A stretch of 64,000 nt of DNA from Isurus oxyrinchus. Its lineage: Eukaryota. The stretch covers positions 90,954,001 through 91,018,000 of the forward strand of contig JANJGN010000014.1 in NCBI GenBank assembly GCA_026770705.1, read 5' to 3'. Below are positions 40,443-51,680 of this stretch, piece after piece; the first letter of the stretch is position 1; every line of letters begins with the position of its first letter. The notes under the pieces were generated by a model. That model searched no databases. It was given only the letters and a program-made list of their open reading frames with translations, and had not been told where the DNA came from. The translations under genes and the position numbers were made by a program.

Positions 40443-41439
40443 ACCCCACCATTGCCACCTCTGCTCCCCCCCACCCCACCCACCCCAGACTCCTAACCCA
40501 CACTGTAAGGATGCACTGTTAGTTTGAACCATGGGGGAGACAGGTCCAAACTGGGATGACAACATTGCAAGGGGCTGTGAGCAACTTCACCAGTGACTGC
40601 TCCACGACCAGCTTTAGCAAGTAGATTGTACAACTTGCTCAGTCGTCCAACTGTTATGCAGTCCACTAATACACTCATTAGTTTGCTGACTGTCAAGAAA
40701 AGCTCTGGAGCACTTGGTGGCATTTTGATGCCTCTGCATTGCTTGAGTGGGCAGATAGGTAAGAGGCCCAATCCCAATGGTATCAATATGGCTGCATCTG
40801 AACTGCCTCAGCTGTAGAGGAATGGTCACTTTATACAAGGTGTCTCTAATGTGTGGCCCCTTCCCTTGCCTATCATAGCCCCAACCCCACACGTGCTTGT
40901 GCACTACCTTCAGCCGCAAGGCAGCCTTTGCCCACCCCGCAAAGCCACCTAAACCACAGGGCAGCCTTTGCCCTCACCTACTAAGTCACCTCAACTGTAG
41001 GGCAGCCTTTGCCCCGCCCCCTCCAAAGTCACCTCAACCTTGAAGTCCCAACAGGCATCCCTCGTGAACACTATGCAAGTTACTGTGCATTCACCTCTGA
41101 GTTCCCCTCAAAGTGCAGCCCTCCAAGTGCATGCCTTTTATATGCTATTGTGAAACACATTGGCATGATTGCACACCAACGTGGGCGAACAATCCAGCTG
41201 GGGGGGGTGGGGGGTTGAGTTCAGCAGTTCACCTTATAATGACATGCTGATATTTTACAATGAGGTTTCTTGACATCTGATGGTGGGAAACGTAAACCGC
41301 CATCAACAGGCTGAGCGGGCGAGAGCAAACTGATTTCACAACATCGTGAAACCAATTTTTGGCCTTCTCGTCATATTGTCTGCTCACGCCAACAAACACG
41401 CCCAATGCCAGCAGGCACAGACAATTCCACCCTGAGTCT

Positions 41440-42516
41440 AAAGTGGGGTGGAAGAGTAAACAGGTCTAAGGTATAGATTCTCGAGCCATTAAAAGCAGCA
41501 GATTGACAAGGCCATAAAAATGCAAACAAAGCACTGAGGCTCATTTCTAAAAGAGTATAATTAAAAAGCAGAAAAGTTATGTTAAATTTTTATAATGAAC
41601 TTGGTTAGACGACACTTAGTCTACTGTGCACAGTTCTGGGGCAAAATTTTACGGCCCCGCCGCAGCGAGGGCGGGGCTAGAAAACGCAGTGAGCCTTTCA
41701 AAAGTCCATCGACTTCAGCAGGACCAGAAAATCCCACCAGCAGCAAGAATCATAAAATTTCGCCCCTGGTCTCCATATTCCAGAAAGGAGAAGGTGTAAG
41801 AAAAGATTTACATCATCAGAACTGAGAGGTTATAACTATCAAGAAAGGCTGAGCAGGCTCAGATTTGATTCTCTAGAAAAGAGAAAACTGAAAGGTGACA
41901 CAATAGAGATCTTTGAAATTATGAAGGTCGTTCATAGGGTAGAGAGAAGCAAAGTTAATGTTTCGATTCTGCACTGAAGAAGACTCATGAGGACTTGAAA
42001 TGTTGACTTTGTTTCTCTCTCCACAGATGCTGTCAGACCTGCTGAGTTTGTCCAGCATTTTCTGTTTTTATTTCATATTTCCAGGATCCGAAGTATTTTA
42101 CTTTTATCTAATTTACTTAGAGATTGGCTAGATTGTGGCACTTGCCATCACATGGACTGGTTGAGGCCAACAACAAACACACATTTTAAGGGGAAGTTAG
42201 CTAAGTACATTAGAGTGGAAGGAATAGAAGGTTATGACAATACAGTGGATGAAAGAAGGTGGGAGAAGCTTATGTAAAATATGAACATTGACATAGACTA
42301 GTTGGGACAAATGGCCAGTTTTTGTGTTGTAAATTCTATGTACATCCAAATTTACAGGTAACACTAAATTGTGTGGATTGGAGCAGGAAGTTATGAAGGT
42401 ACATAGACTAAGCGAATGGGCAAAACTTCACAAGATGGGTGTTGGGAAATATAAAGTCATCCACTTTGGTTCTGAGAAAGACAATTCAGAATATTTTTTT
42501 AATGGTGAAAGACAAG
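41440..42516 (+). mobile_element. CR1 fragments with a Penelope 3' end at about 41945-42108
   Basis: LVRRHLVYCAQFW and KVIHFG motifs; Penelope repeat with CTGAAGA..GAAA motif. Confidence 0.72.
41639..41765. mobile_element. 127-bp Harbinger-type MITE
   Basis: TIRs GGGCAAAATTTTA / TAAAATTTCGCCC with perfect CTG TSD; splits the CR1 motif CAGTTCTG|GTCTCC. Confidence 0.88.
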
Positions 42517-42996
42517 GGGCAGAATTTTCCCGTTGGTGTGCGAGGGTGGGCCCCCGCACATTTGTGCGTAAAATGACACGTGGTGATGTTGGTGAGTGTC
42601 CCGACAGCACCGCGCATGATTGCAATATTTCATTGGGCGGGCGTGCAATGATATCCGCTGCGCAGCTGCCATTAATTAACAGGCCATGTAAGTGCCCTTG
42701 ACTCACCAATCAACACCAATTTTTTGGCGCCCGTGCAATCTTCGGGTCGGCGCACAGGTGCAAGGGCAGGCGGGTAATACACATTTGTATGAACCTCATC
42801 CATAGACGGGATAAGAGGGCTCACTGGGGCCATGAGTGTTGATTTTTCAAAGTTTTTGAAATTTGCCTGTGATCTGCAACACTTCAAAATGCATGTCAGC
42901 TGCTTTCTCTGGACTCTTAACGTTCAGGTCAGCATTCTGCAGTGAGAAATCTTTTTTGGGCTTGCAGGTTTCAGGAAGCCTTCCCACAGCCTAGGA

Positions 42997-44211
42997 ATGG
43001 AAGCTCAACTGTCCACTGGAGACATCTCCTCTGAGGAGGGAGGGAGGGCTAGGAGGGGGAGGAGGCCAGGAATGCACATTTGGCCTCTAGGGGAGCCACC
43101 TTTTGGAGGACAGACGCAGGCACAAGGGGCGCAGGGCCAATAAGTAGACCAAGGCAGAAAGGGCCACAGAAGACGCCACTATCCTACTGCCAGAGTATAC
43201 AGGCAGCGAAGCAGCTACCTCAATATGTCTGAGGTGCAGTGCCGAAGGAGGCTCCGTCTCTCAAGGGATACAGTCAACTATACTGTCAGATGATTGGGCC
43301 TGAGATCTCCGCTAACTGTGCGGGTTGACACCCCATGCCAGTGACTCTAAAGGTCATAGCTGCCCTCAACTTCTATGCCTCTGGCTGCTTCTAGGGGCCG
43401 GCGGGTGATCTTTGCGGTGTCTCCCAATCAGCTGTCCACGCTTGTGTCAAGCAAGTTACAGGTGCTCTGCTTAGGCGTGCATTGACCTTAATCCACTTCC
43501 ATTGGAACCAGGCAAGCCAGACACAGCGAGCCAGAGGCTTCACAGTGATTACTGGCTTCCCCTGCATCGAGGGTGCAATAGACTGCACACATGGCCATCA
43601 AGGCACCAACAGATGAGCCTGGTGCCTTCATCAACAGGAAGGACAGATAGTGTGTGATCACAGGACGCTGATTCTACAAGTCTGTGCAAGGTACCCAGGC
43701 AGCTCCCATGACGCCTACATCCTCAGACACTCCCAGGTGCCGGGACTCTTCAGTGCTCCGGCCCGACTTGATGGACGGCTGCTGGGTGACAAGGACTGTC
43801 CCCTCTGAAGATGGCTCATGACGCTTCTCTGCCACTCAAGAACAGAAGCTGACCAGCGGTACAATAGGAGCCATGCCTCCACAAGGGCTGTGGTGGAGAA
43901 TCCCCATCAGTCTTTTCAAGATGTGCTTCCGATGCCTGGACCGCTCAGCGGGCACACTCCAGTACCGCCAGATTGTGTGTCGGTGGTAGTGGTTGCATGC
44001 TGCGCTTTCCACAATCTTGCGCTGGAAAGGGGGGGACACAGTGGACGATGAAGATGTCGACGCAGTGGCTGCGGCTGCACACGATGAGTCCAGCAGTGAG
44101 TCCAAGGATGAACATGCACAGGGAAGTGCTGAGGGGGTAGACGCTGACCTGGGCATTCTGCAGGGAGGCAGGGACACCTGGGAGGCTTTAATTCAATGAA
44201 CCTTCAGCTAG
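42997..44211 (+). pseudogene. Harbinger (HARBI1-family, DDE_Tnp_4) transposase pseudogene
   Basis: ALNFYASG, GVSQSAVH, GFPCIEGAIDCTH, YPGSSHDAYIL, LLGDK, RYNRSHASTRAVVE, ACCAFHNLA; contains stops and frameshifts. Confidence 0.93.
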
Positions 44212-44566
44212 CACACCACAGATGGACTTCCAGGACAAGCCTGGGCCGTAAGCTCCATGCTCGATAACTAAGTGCCAAATCTGCCAGGTTAGAACAGTAA
44301 CTAAGGGCCTTGTTAATAAAGCTGGATGTCCCACAAAGCATTCCTAACATTTTTGGAAAGCATACACATGCAGAAGAAAAGAGGCACCCTCAGCCATGAT
44401 CACATGTCTGAATTTAATATCACAAGCAAAGAAACTTAAGCCAAAAAAATGACAATGGTGTTCTAATTTAAAGCAAATCATAAAGGCCGCAACTCTGGCC
44501 AACACAAAAGCACCAGTGATAAACCTGTGGTGTGCCCAAGGTGCCTTATGTTTATGTTTCTGGGTG

Positions 44567-46710
44567 CTATGTCTTGGTACTGCCCCATCGCTGGGAGTGG
44601 CATCTGAGACAGCCTGCTGACTCTGCAGTCCTATTGGCCTCGATGACCTTGGCGGTCATTGTCTGGCCTGGAACCTGCGCTGGCCCTGCCTGGGAGGGAT
44701 CTGCCAGTTCCACAGCTGGCATCTCCCCAGTGGTCGCAGCCTCACCGGATGCTATGGTCACTGGGAGAGGGGCGGAGAAGCTGCCGCCTTCATCCGGAGC
44801 GCCCTGAGAGGTGCCCACAGAGACGACAGGCAGCTGCTGCGCTGACGTGAGGTCGCTTTGGATCTCCCTGTTCACCATGGATGGATGGGTACCGAGCTGG
44901 GAAACTTGGTGCCCACACCATCTGCCACACTGGCACTGACTAGCTGAGGTCAATGCCGATGTGAAGGCTTGCTGGTCAGAGAGCATCCCCAGAAAGCCCT
45001 GATGGGTCTCCTGGAGGAGCCTCTCCACGAGAATCATCACTCTCTCCATGGAGGATGCATGGCGCTCGGACATGTGGCTCATTGCTTTGGCGATCGTCTG
45101 CTTAGACTACTCCACCATGGAGACCAAGCCAAGCATAGCCTCATAGATCTCCCCCAGATGCTCCTGCATACCCAGCTGCATTTCTTGCCTCAGCTGCGTC
45201 GCGGATGACTCCAGAGGCACATCATCAGGCACTGACTGAGCATGTGCCTGGTCCCCTGTAATCCACTGACTGCTGGTGCCATGGGCACTCTCTGTCTCTG
45301 CCAGCTCCTCCAGCGACTGTGAAGTGCCCTCACTGCTGTGCTCCAGGACACTAGCCGATGCTCTAACTCCCACAGAGGCGCTAGTATCTGCGCTGGTGCC
45401 TGCTTGGCAGGGATGGTGGGATGCTGGTGAGACTTCAGGGCCCTCAGGTATGAGAGGGGACCTCTGCTGTTCCTCCTCTCAGCTCTGCTCTGCTGATGCT
45501 GAAAGGAAGAACAAGGACATTGGATCAGTTAACGTAGACAGAATGACAAAGTGCATCCATGTCCCCCGGATCATTATGCACCCATCCTTCCGTAAGCAAT
45601 GTTCAAGCCATATTGCAAAATTAAATCACTTAACATTCAGCACTGCTATGGCTGTTGGGAGAACAATGCTGACCTCACTGCTGGGCATATAAACCTGGCT
45701 GTAGCACCCCAGCCTCACCAACACCAGTGGACCTGGGCGCATGGCACCTCTCCAAATCCAAAGCCTCCTGCTCAAACTGGCTGAGAATGGCTAACTATGC
45801 CAGGCCATCGCCAGTCCTCACATGCTCAGCAGTATTATGAGCATTCTTCTCCTGAAAATGAAAGAAGAGCATTGATTTGTGCAAATTGTACATGAACTCT
45901 CTTCATGTATGGCCCACCCCAACCAGAATAGGACACATCAGGTCTCCAGTGTCTTCTCACCCCACTGCTGCCGAACACTCGCACAATGGTGCTAGGCCTG
46001 TTCCCCACCCCTCCACCGCCCCCTTGCCCACATGCTGCCTACATCACATAAGGCACCACATGGTATATCCTTCCATAGCAAGGAGGCGCAAGCACATGGA
46101 GCGCAGAGGGCAGCAGATGGTTCATTGCCACGCCACCTTACCGGTCCCCTCCCAGCATGTCATCACCCTGACTTGGACGTGTCCTGCAGTTGAAGCACTG
46201 CGCCTAGGTGCAGCTCCTCCAGGTTGCCCCCAAAACAGTAATGTGGGTCTCAGTGTAGCACATGCTGTGGGTGCAGAAGCCATCTCTTCACCACCCTCTC
46301 AGGGTGACCTTGGCATGGGCAATATCTGCTGGCCCACCCAGCAAAGGATACATGCCGTCAATGATTCCATGTAGTCATTACACTCAGACTTGGTTGGGGC
46401 GGGGGGAAGCAGGGGGCAAAGCCGACCTGCTGGGTTAAGCGACCAATGCCAACATTGTCCTCACTCTTCCAAAGCGCAACAAGCCATTGAAGCGCTTGTG
46501 ACACTGGATCCAGGTGCACCGCACCACGTCGTGGGAGCTCACAATCCCCACCACCTCCTCCCAGGCACGTTTCGTCATGTCGGGGGGGCACCTCCTGCTC
46601 CTGTCCTGGGGAACCAGCACCTCCCGCCGTGCTGCGACCTCCTCAAAGAGGGCTGCAAGGCAGTCATCAGAAAAATGAGGGGCACAGTACCCCCCTGCAC
46701 TACCCTCCAA
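44567..46710 (-). pseudogene. Harbinger Myb/SANT-like gene, spliced and decayed
   Basis: APHFSDDCLAALFEEVAARREVL..AWEEVVGIVSSHDVVRCTWIQCHKRFNGL; last exon at about 45500-44567. Confidence 0.85.
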
Positions 46711-47040
46711 CCTGGCCTACCTCAATGGCCTACCCAGCAGACTTGCGTCACCTCCATTGTCCCTCTGCAAAGCCCTTCACCCAGCCATTGCTAGGAACTT
46801 TTCCAGGGCTGTCAGGCCTTCCTTTATACAGGTCACTGGGTCGTCATTGGACCCATGGGCTGAGTGTACCCGCCGCTGCCCATTCACTCCCACTGTGCAC
46901 GGGAGTCATGAAGTACTCTGGGCTGGCCTTAATTGGCCCACCCACTTAAAATGGTGGCGTGGACACGATCGCGAGTGGCGGTCGGGTCCGTACCCACCCA
47001 CGCCCGCTCGGCCCCCTTTGGCATCCAGAAAATTCTGCTC

Positions 47041-48210
47041 TGGGACCTGTGGAACAGCAGAAAGACTCAGGTGACCATGCAATTGAGAAATTAAAGTAAT
47101 TTAAAAGCTAATGCAATGTTGGGCTTTATTTCAAGGGACTGGACACTCAAAGGTGAGGTAGCAATACTTCAGTTGTACAAAACCTAGTTAGACCCCATCT
47201 GGCGTACTGTGTTTCAGTTTTAGGAACCAAACCATAGGAAAGATGTATTGGCCTTGGGAGGGGGACAGTGTAGATGTTCCAGAATGATACTCAAATTTAA
47301 GTGGTTAAATTATGAGGACAGGTCAAATAAACTTGGCATATATTAGTTTAATAGTTTGAGGAGTGATCTAATTGAGGGGTTTAAAATGATAAGAAAGATT
47401 TGATTGGTGAGATACTGAGAAACCTTATGCTCTTATGGATAAATCCAGGCCAAGAGGACAGAATCATAGGGCAGGAGTTTTAGGTCGGCGAGCGGGCGTG
47501 ATCGGCCGGTCCAGGATTGGCCGAGGAACAGACCGCCAACTGCGATCGGCCCTGACTGCGAATTCACACTGGCTAGCTAATTAACAACTAACCATTGTAA
47601 TGCACACACTGAAAAGCTCAGCACTGCTAGGGTGGGGCTGGAAGAGGGCGAGCTCTGAAGTCAGCACGGGCATGGGCAAGCAATCACAGAAAGCTGAAGA
47701 CCTGAACAACCTGAAATAAAGGTCACAGAAACCAGAAAAAAGTGTCCAAGCTTCATAATCAGTCACCTGAAAATGTAGGTAATGAAAATGCTGTCAACAG
47801 TAATTTATTTTTATTTTAATTTATCACAGAAACCTCAATCTGTCCATGGATGAGATTTCCTGAAAAATGCAAAAGCCGCTTAGCCGATTTGCCCGCCAAC
47901 CAACTGTAACGTTGGACAGGCAACAAAAATCTCTGTTAATTGCGCCATTAATGAGCCTAATTGCCCTCTTAATTATCGGTGGGCACACTTCCGAGTTTAG
48001 CGTGTGCCCACTGACTGAAATATCGCATGATTGCACAATGATGTTGGGATGCTCGCCCGGGCTTTTTTATGCTCGAGTGGGTCAGGCACGTGCCTGCCGG
48101 CTCAGCGAAAAATTCTGTCCATAGAATTAGAGCTAGGCCATTTAGAAGTGAAATCAGGAAGTACTTTTCAAAACAAAGGAAACTGGAAATCTGGAACACT
48201 CTCCCCCAAA
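47041..48210 (+). mobile_element. CR1 ORF2 3' fragment containing a MITE at 47469-48120
   Basis: CR1 motif LYKTLVRPHLAYCV. MITE TIRs GGGCAGGAGTTTT / AAAAATTCTGTCC with ATA/ATA TSD. Confidence 0.8.
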
Positions 48211-49249
48211 AGAATGTGATTGTTGGGTCAACATAAGGGAGGGGAGAAATAACTGGACACTTTGTTCCAGAAGGCAGTCACACCACTTAGAACTGTTTTG
48301 GTCAGCAGTGAGGGACAGGAGGATGTGACCATGAATGAGGCAGGTAAAGGGACCAAGCAGATAGTAGTGGAGGAGCCTTCGACCGTGCAATTGTCAAACA
48401 GGTTTGAGGTGCTCACAACTTGTGTGGACAAAAATAAGGTCTGCAAGGTGGTTGACCAGGCTGGACATGGCCCCATGGTACAGGGAGCTGTTCAAGTGGA
48501 AGTAGCTAAGAGGAATGTAATGGTAGTAGGGGAAAGTATAATGAGCGGAATTGACAATGTTCTCCGCAGCAAAGAACTAATGTCCACCCAGAAGGAAAAA
48601 ACTATTTGGACCAGTTGAAGCCAGAACTTGTTTGAACTTGCACCAACTGTTGCTCAACTTGGCTCAAGGATTTTAATGGAAGCGACTAATGAAGTGGTAA
48701 TTCTACTGGAAATCCAGTAGGGGCTTCCAGTTTTCAAGTGGTGACCAGTATAGACACCACTATAGGCGCCAGTACTTTTAGCCGGCTTAAGCTAGTATTA
48801 CAGCCGCTGTCAATTTTACTGCTGAACATATGCCTCTCCCTCATTCCTCTTTATCCCCCCCATCATCCCCCAACTCCCACGACACCATATGCTCCGCTCC
48901 CAACAACTTCCCCCATCACTTCCCAACTCCCTACTCCTCCCCACCTTCCATCCCCGCTACTCCTCCCTGCCCAATCCCCTACTTCCCACCCCAACCCTCC
49001 TAGCCCTCCTGCTACTTTCCCTACCCCACACTACTCCCCCACCCTCTCTACCCCCTCCCACCCCCTCTACACCCCTGTTCCCCTACCCCCTAGCTACCCT
49101 GCCCACCCCCGCCCATCGCACTAACGCCCCATTCCCCCCAAGTCCCCGCTACCCCAACTCTCCCCACCACTTGCACCCCACCCCCAACTTCCTACTCCCC
49201 CACTGGGCCCACCCCCACCCGGAGATCTTCGCTAAGGGCTGGCTGGAAG

Positions 49250-49262
49250 CCGGAAGTGACGT
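49250..49262 (+). promoter_or_regulatory. ETS-CRE composite promoter motif
   Basis: CCGGAAGTGACGT in a CpG-rich patch, followed by a GTGAGT donor at 49330. Confidence 0.55.
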
Positions 49263-49717
49263 TTGTGGCCGGTTGGCGCAGCTCCAGATTTGAAATGCAC
49301 GCGGGAACAGCGAGGACTGTTGGAGCAGGGTGAGTACTGGGGAGGTTCGGTGTCAGGGGAGAGAGTTTGGTGGTGATGGCGGCAGTGGTGGAGAGAAATG
49401 GTTGAGAGTTCAGGCGGGGGTGGTGGGCAGAAGAGAGAGGCACCAGAATTTGGCACCATCGGCAGGGCTGAAGGCCTGGAGACTGGAGAGAGGGAGAGGG
49501 CGAAGATTTTGGAGGCTGGAGGGAGGGGGAGTTGATACTGGAGAGAGAGAGAGGGGTCAGAGAGCCCACCAACAAGTTGGAGGGGGGGGATTGGTTAGCT
49601 GAAGAGAGATATAGAGTGGGGGTAGTAGAGGCATGCTTTTCGCAACTCAGGAGAAAAGAGCTTGTTTTTGGTGCTGATTTCTTAAATCAATACAAATCAT
49701 ATCTCTAGGAACTAAGA

Positions 49718-51680
49718 ATGTCTGGCAGCAAAGTTCGCTTGTGTCCGATTCCTGGACAATAAGCAAGTCTGCAGGATTGTGTCAATTAAAGAGGACATCA
49801 AAAAGTTTGATCCCAAGACCCACCATGACTCAAAGGTGTACAAGGTAAGGTGGGTCCAGGCAAGCATCGGAAGCTCAATTTAACTGCAATTTGTGGAAGG
49901 AGAACCGGTTGCAGGACAATTTTTTTTTATAAGGCACAGATCCTTTTGCTTAGAGGTAAATTTCAATGAAAAAGCTGAAAGTTTGTGCTCATGGCCTTTG
50001 CAAATTAAGTGTATCTTTGAAACATGTTGAAGTTTTCTTTCTTCTTCTGCAAAGTCCTGCGAAGGCCTCAAGGAGCTGAAGGAATCAACGCACATGCATA
50101 TCATAAAGGTTTGGGAAACTATTGTAGAGTGACACCAGTGCCGACAACGTAGCCCTCGAAACCCTTCAAGCGAAGAGGGCTTTGGAAGACGCTACTGTGA
50201 CCAGGATACACGTGAAGTTCTCAACTCATTGTGTATCATCGTCTTTGCTAATATTGTATTCTCACAGACCTGCATGAACAATTATGTGCCTAAAAGCAAA
50301 TAGTGCACGAAACTTGTATGCCTTCTCATGTCAAAAATGTCAACAACATTGTTAACATATAATTCCTTTTTCCTGATAGAAGGATAAGGTTGCCTGAACA
50401 TACGCTGGCCAACACAAGAAGGTGAGAAGCATGAAGTCCCAACATCTAGCGATCACGAGTAATAAAGCTAGGACTTCAAAGGCAGCAATGCAGCTAAAGG
50501 ATTGTGCAGAACCTGCCCAGAACTGGGAAAAGCTACTGACCATTCAGAGGCTGGAGGCAGCGAAGGCAGCCCTTGGCCAGCAGAAGCTGAAGGTAGAGAA
50601 GGTGACCCTGCAACAAAATTTGGAGGAGTTTTCTGGGTTCAATCAAGGCCTCTGGGAAAGGTTGGAGTTCGAGCTATAAAAGCTCAACTATAGGCTCCAG
50701 GACCAATTTTTCAGCACCTGTATGCAGAGTAACATGCATCTAGGTAACTGCAACCCTTATGCAACAGTTACCTTAGTGCTGAGTTGTCATTATAGGCTTA
50801 ACTATTACTCTTGCTTTCCATTGCAGCATAAGGACCACAACAATCATATGTGGGGACACTGCAGCTTATGACCATGCCTTTCAGAGCAATAGGCCTGCAC
50901 AGATTGAAGATGCACCTGCATTTATTCACACAGTTATGGCAAGTACACATGTGGAGGTGCTTTTCACTCCAATAGATGGAAAGGTATGATTTTCTGAATG
51001 TTCCAGATAAAAACTGTGCAGGTTCACAAAGTATCCTTAAAAGGATGATTCTAATCATCCTTAAAAGGCTGGTAAGATGAGCTGAGGGCACAGATAGGCA
51101 CGTGGAAATATGATATCATAGCTATGACTGAGACTTGGCTAAAAGGGCAGGATTGGCAGCTCAATGTTCCTCATTATAGGGTATTCAGATGGGATGGAGC
51201 GGACAGAAGTGGGGGGGTTGCAATATTGATCAAGAAATCAATCATAGCAGTGAGGAGGGATGATATCCTGGAGGATCATCAAATGAGACCAAATGGGTAA
51301 AGTAAAAAACACAAAAGGGCAAACACGATGTTGGGTGTGTACTATAGGCCCCCAAATGGTTAGGGAGAGATAGAGGATCAAATATGTAATCAAATTTCAG
51401 AGAATTGTAAGAAAATGGGATTAGTGTAGTCAGATCTTTGTTGACTGGCACAGACACGACGGGCTGAATGGCTTCCTTGGGTGCTGTAAACATCTATGAG
51501 TCTATAAAACTGATGGATATCACTGTGGTGATATATGTATCATCTTCATTCATGCAGTCTGTATATGCATTGGTAATTTAGTCTGAATTACAGATCTTGC
51601 ATGTAGAACACTAATATGTTCCTTTCTTTCCCCCTACAGGTTCAATTGCAGGGAGGTCTGTAGCTCAGTGAGCGGCAGTT
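49718..51680 (+). pseudogene. Spliced BEND5-like (BEN-domain) gene remnant inside the transposon
   Basis: Exon 49709-49955: KFACVRFLDNK..IVSIKEDIKKFDPKTHHDSKVYKVRW..FYKAQILLLR. Coiled-coil ORF at 50422-50679. Exon from 51640: VQLQGGL*LSERQ (start of a BEN domain, then truncated). Confidence 0.72.
51085..51506 (+). mobile_element. Internally deleted CR1 (endonuclease start plus 3' tail)
   Basis: WKYDIIAMTETWL..GGVAILIK followed by the CR1 3'UTR and CTATGA-type tail. Confidence 0.75.

Larger units (their letters stand above)
38187..41432 (+). mobile_element. PIF/Harbinger element, internally deleted, with nested LINE and SINE
   Basis: Ends match 12710-16633 in opposite orientation. Myb/SANT-like ORF at 38457 (MASKGKKTAAPRFNGMSLECLLNAVEAHHDVLYP..WEAVA). 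Convergent transposase N-terminal remnant at about 39897-39690 (MEPGELAVCL..LARSRVCRR). Confidence 0.8.
42517..47040. mobile_element. Full-length decayed PIF/Harbinger transposon with convergent transposase and Myb/SANT genes
   Basis: TIRs GGGCAGAATTTTC / GAAAATTCTGCTC; inserted in a CR1 that resumes at 47041. Confidence 0.92.

Noticed and set aside
42997-44211. Host HARBI1 gene
   Set aside because: Bounded by TIRs, paired with a Myb gene, and disrupted by stops and frameshifts; it is a transposon copy.
48738-49293. Pro-rich ORFs
   Set aside because: By-product of a C-rich low-complexity tract.
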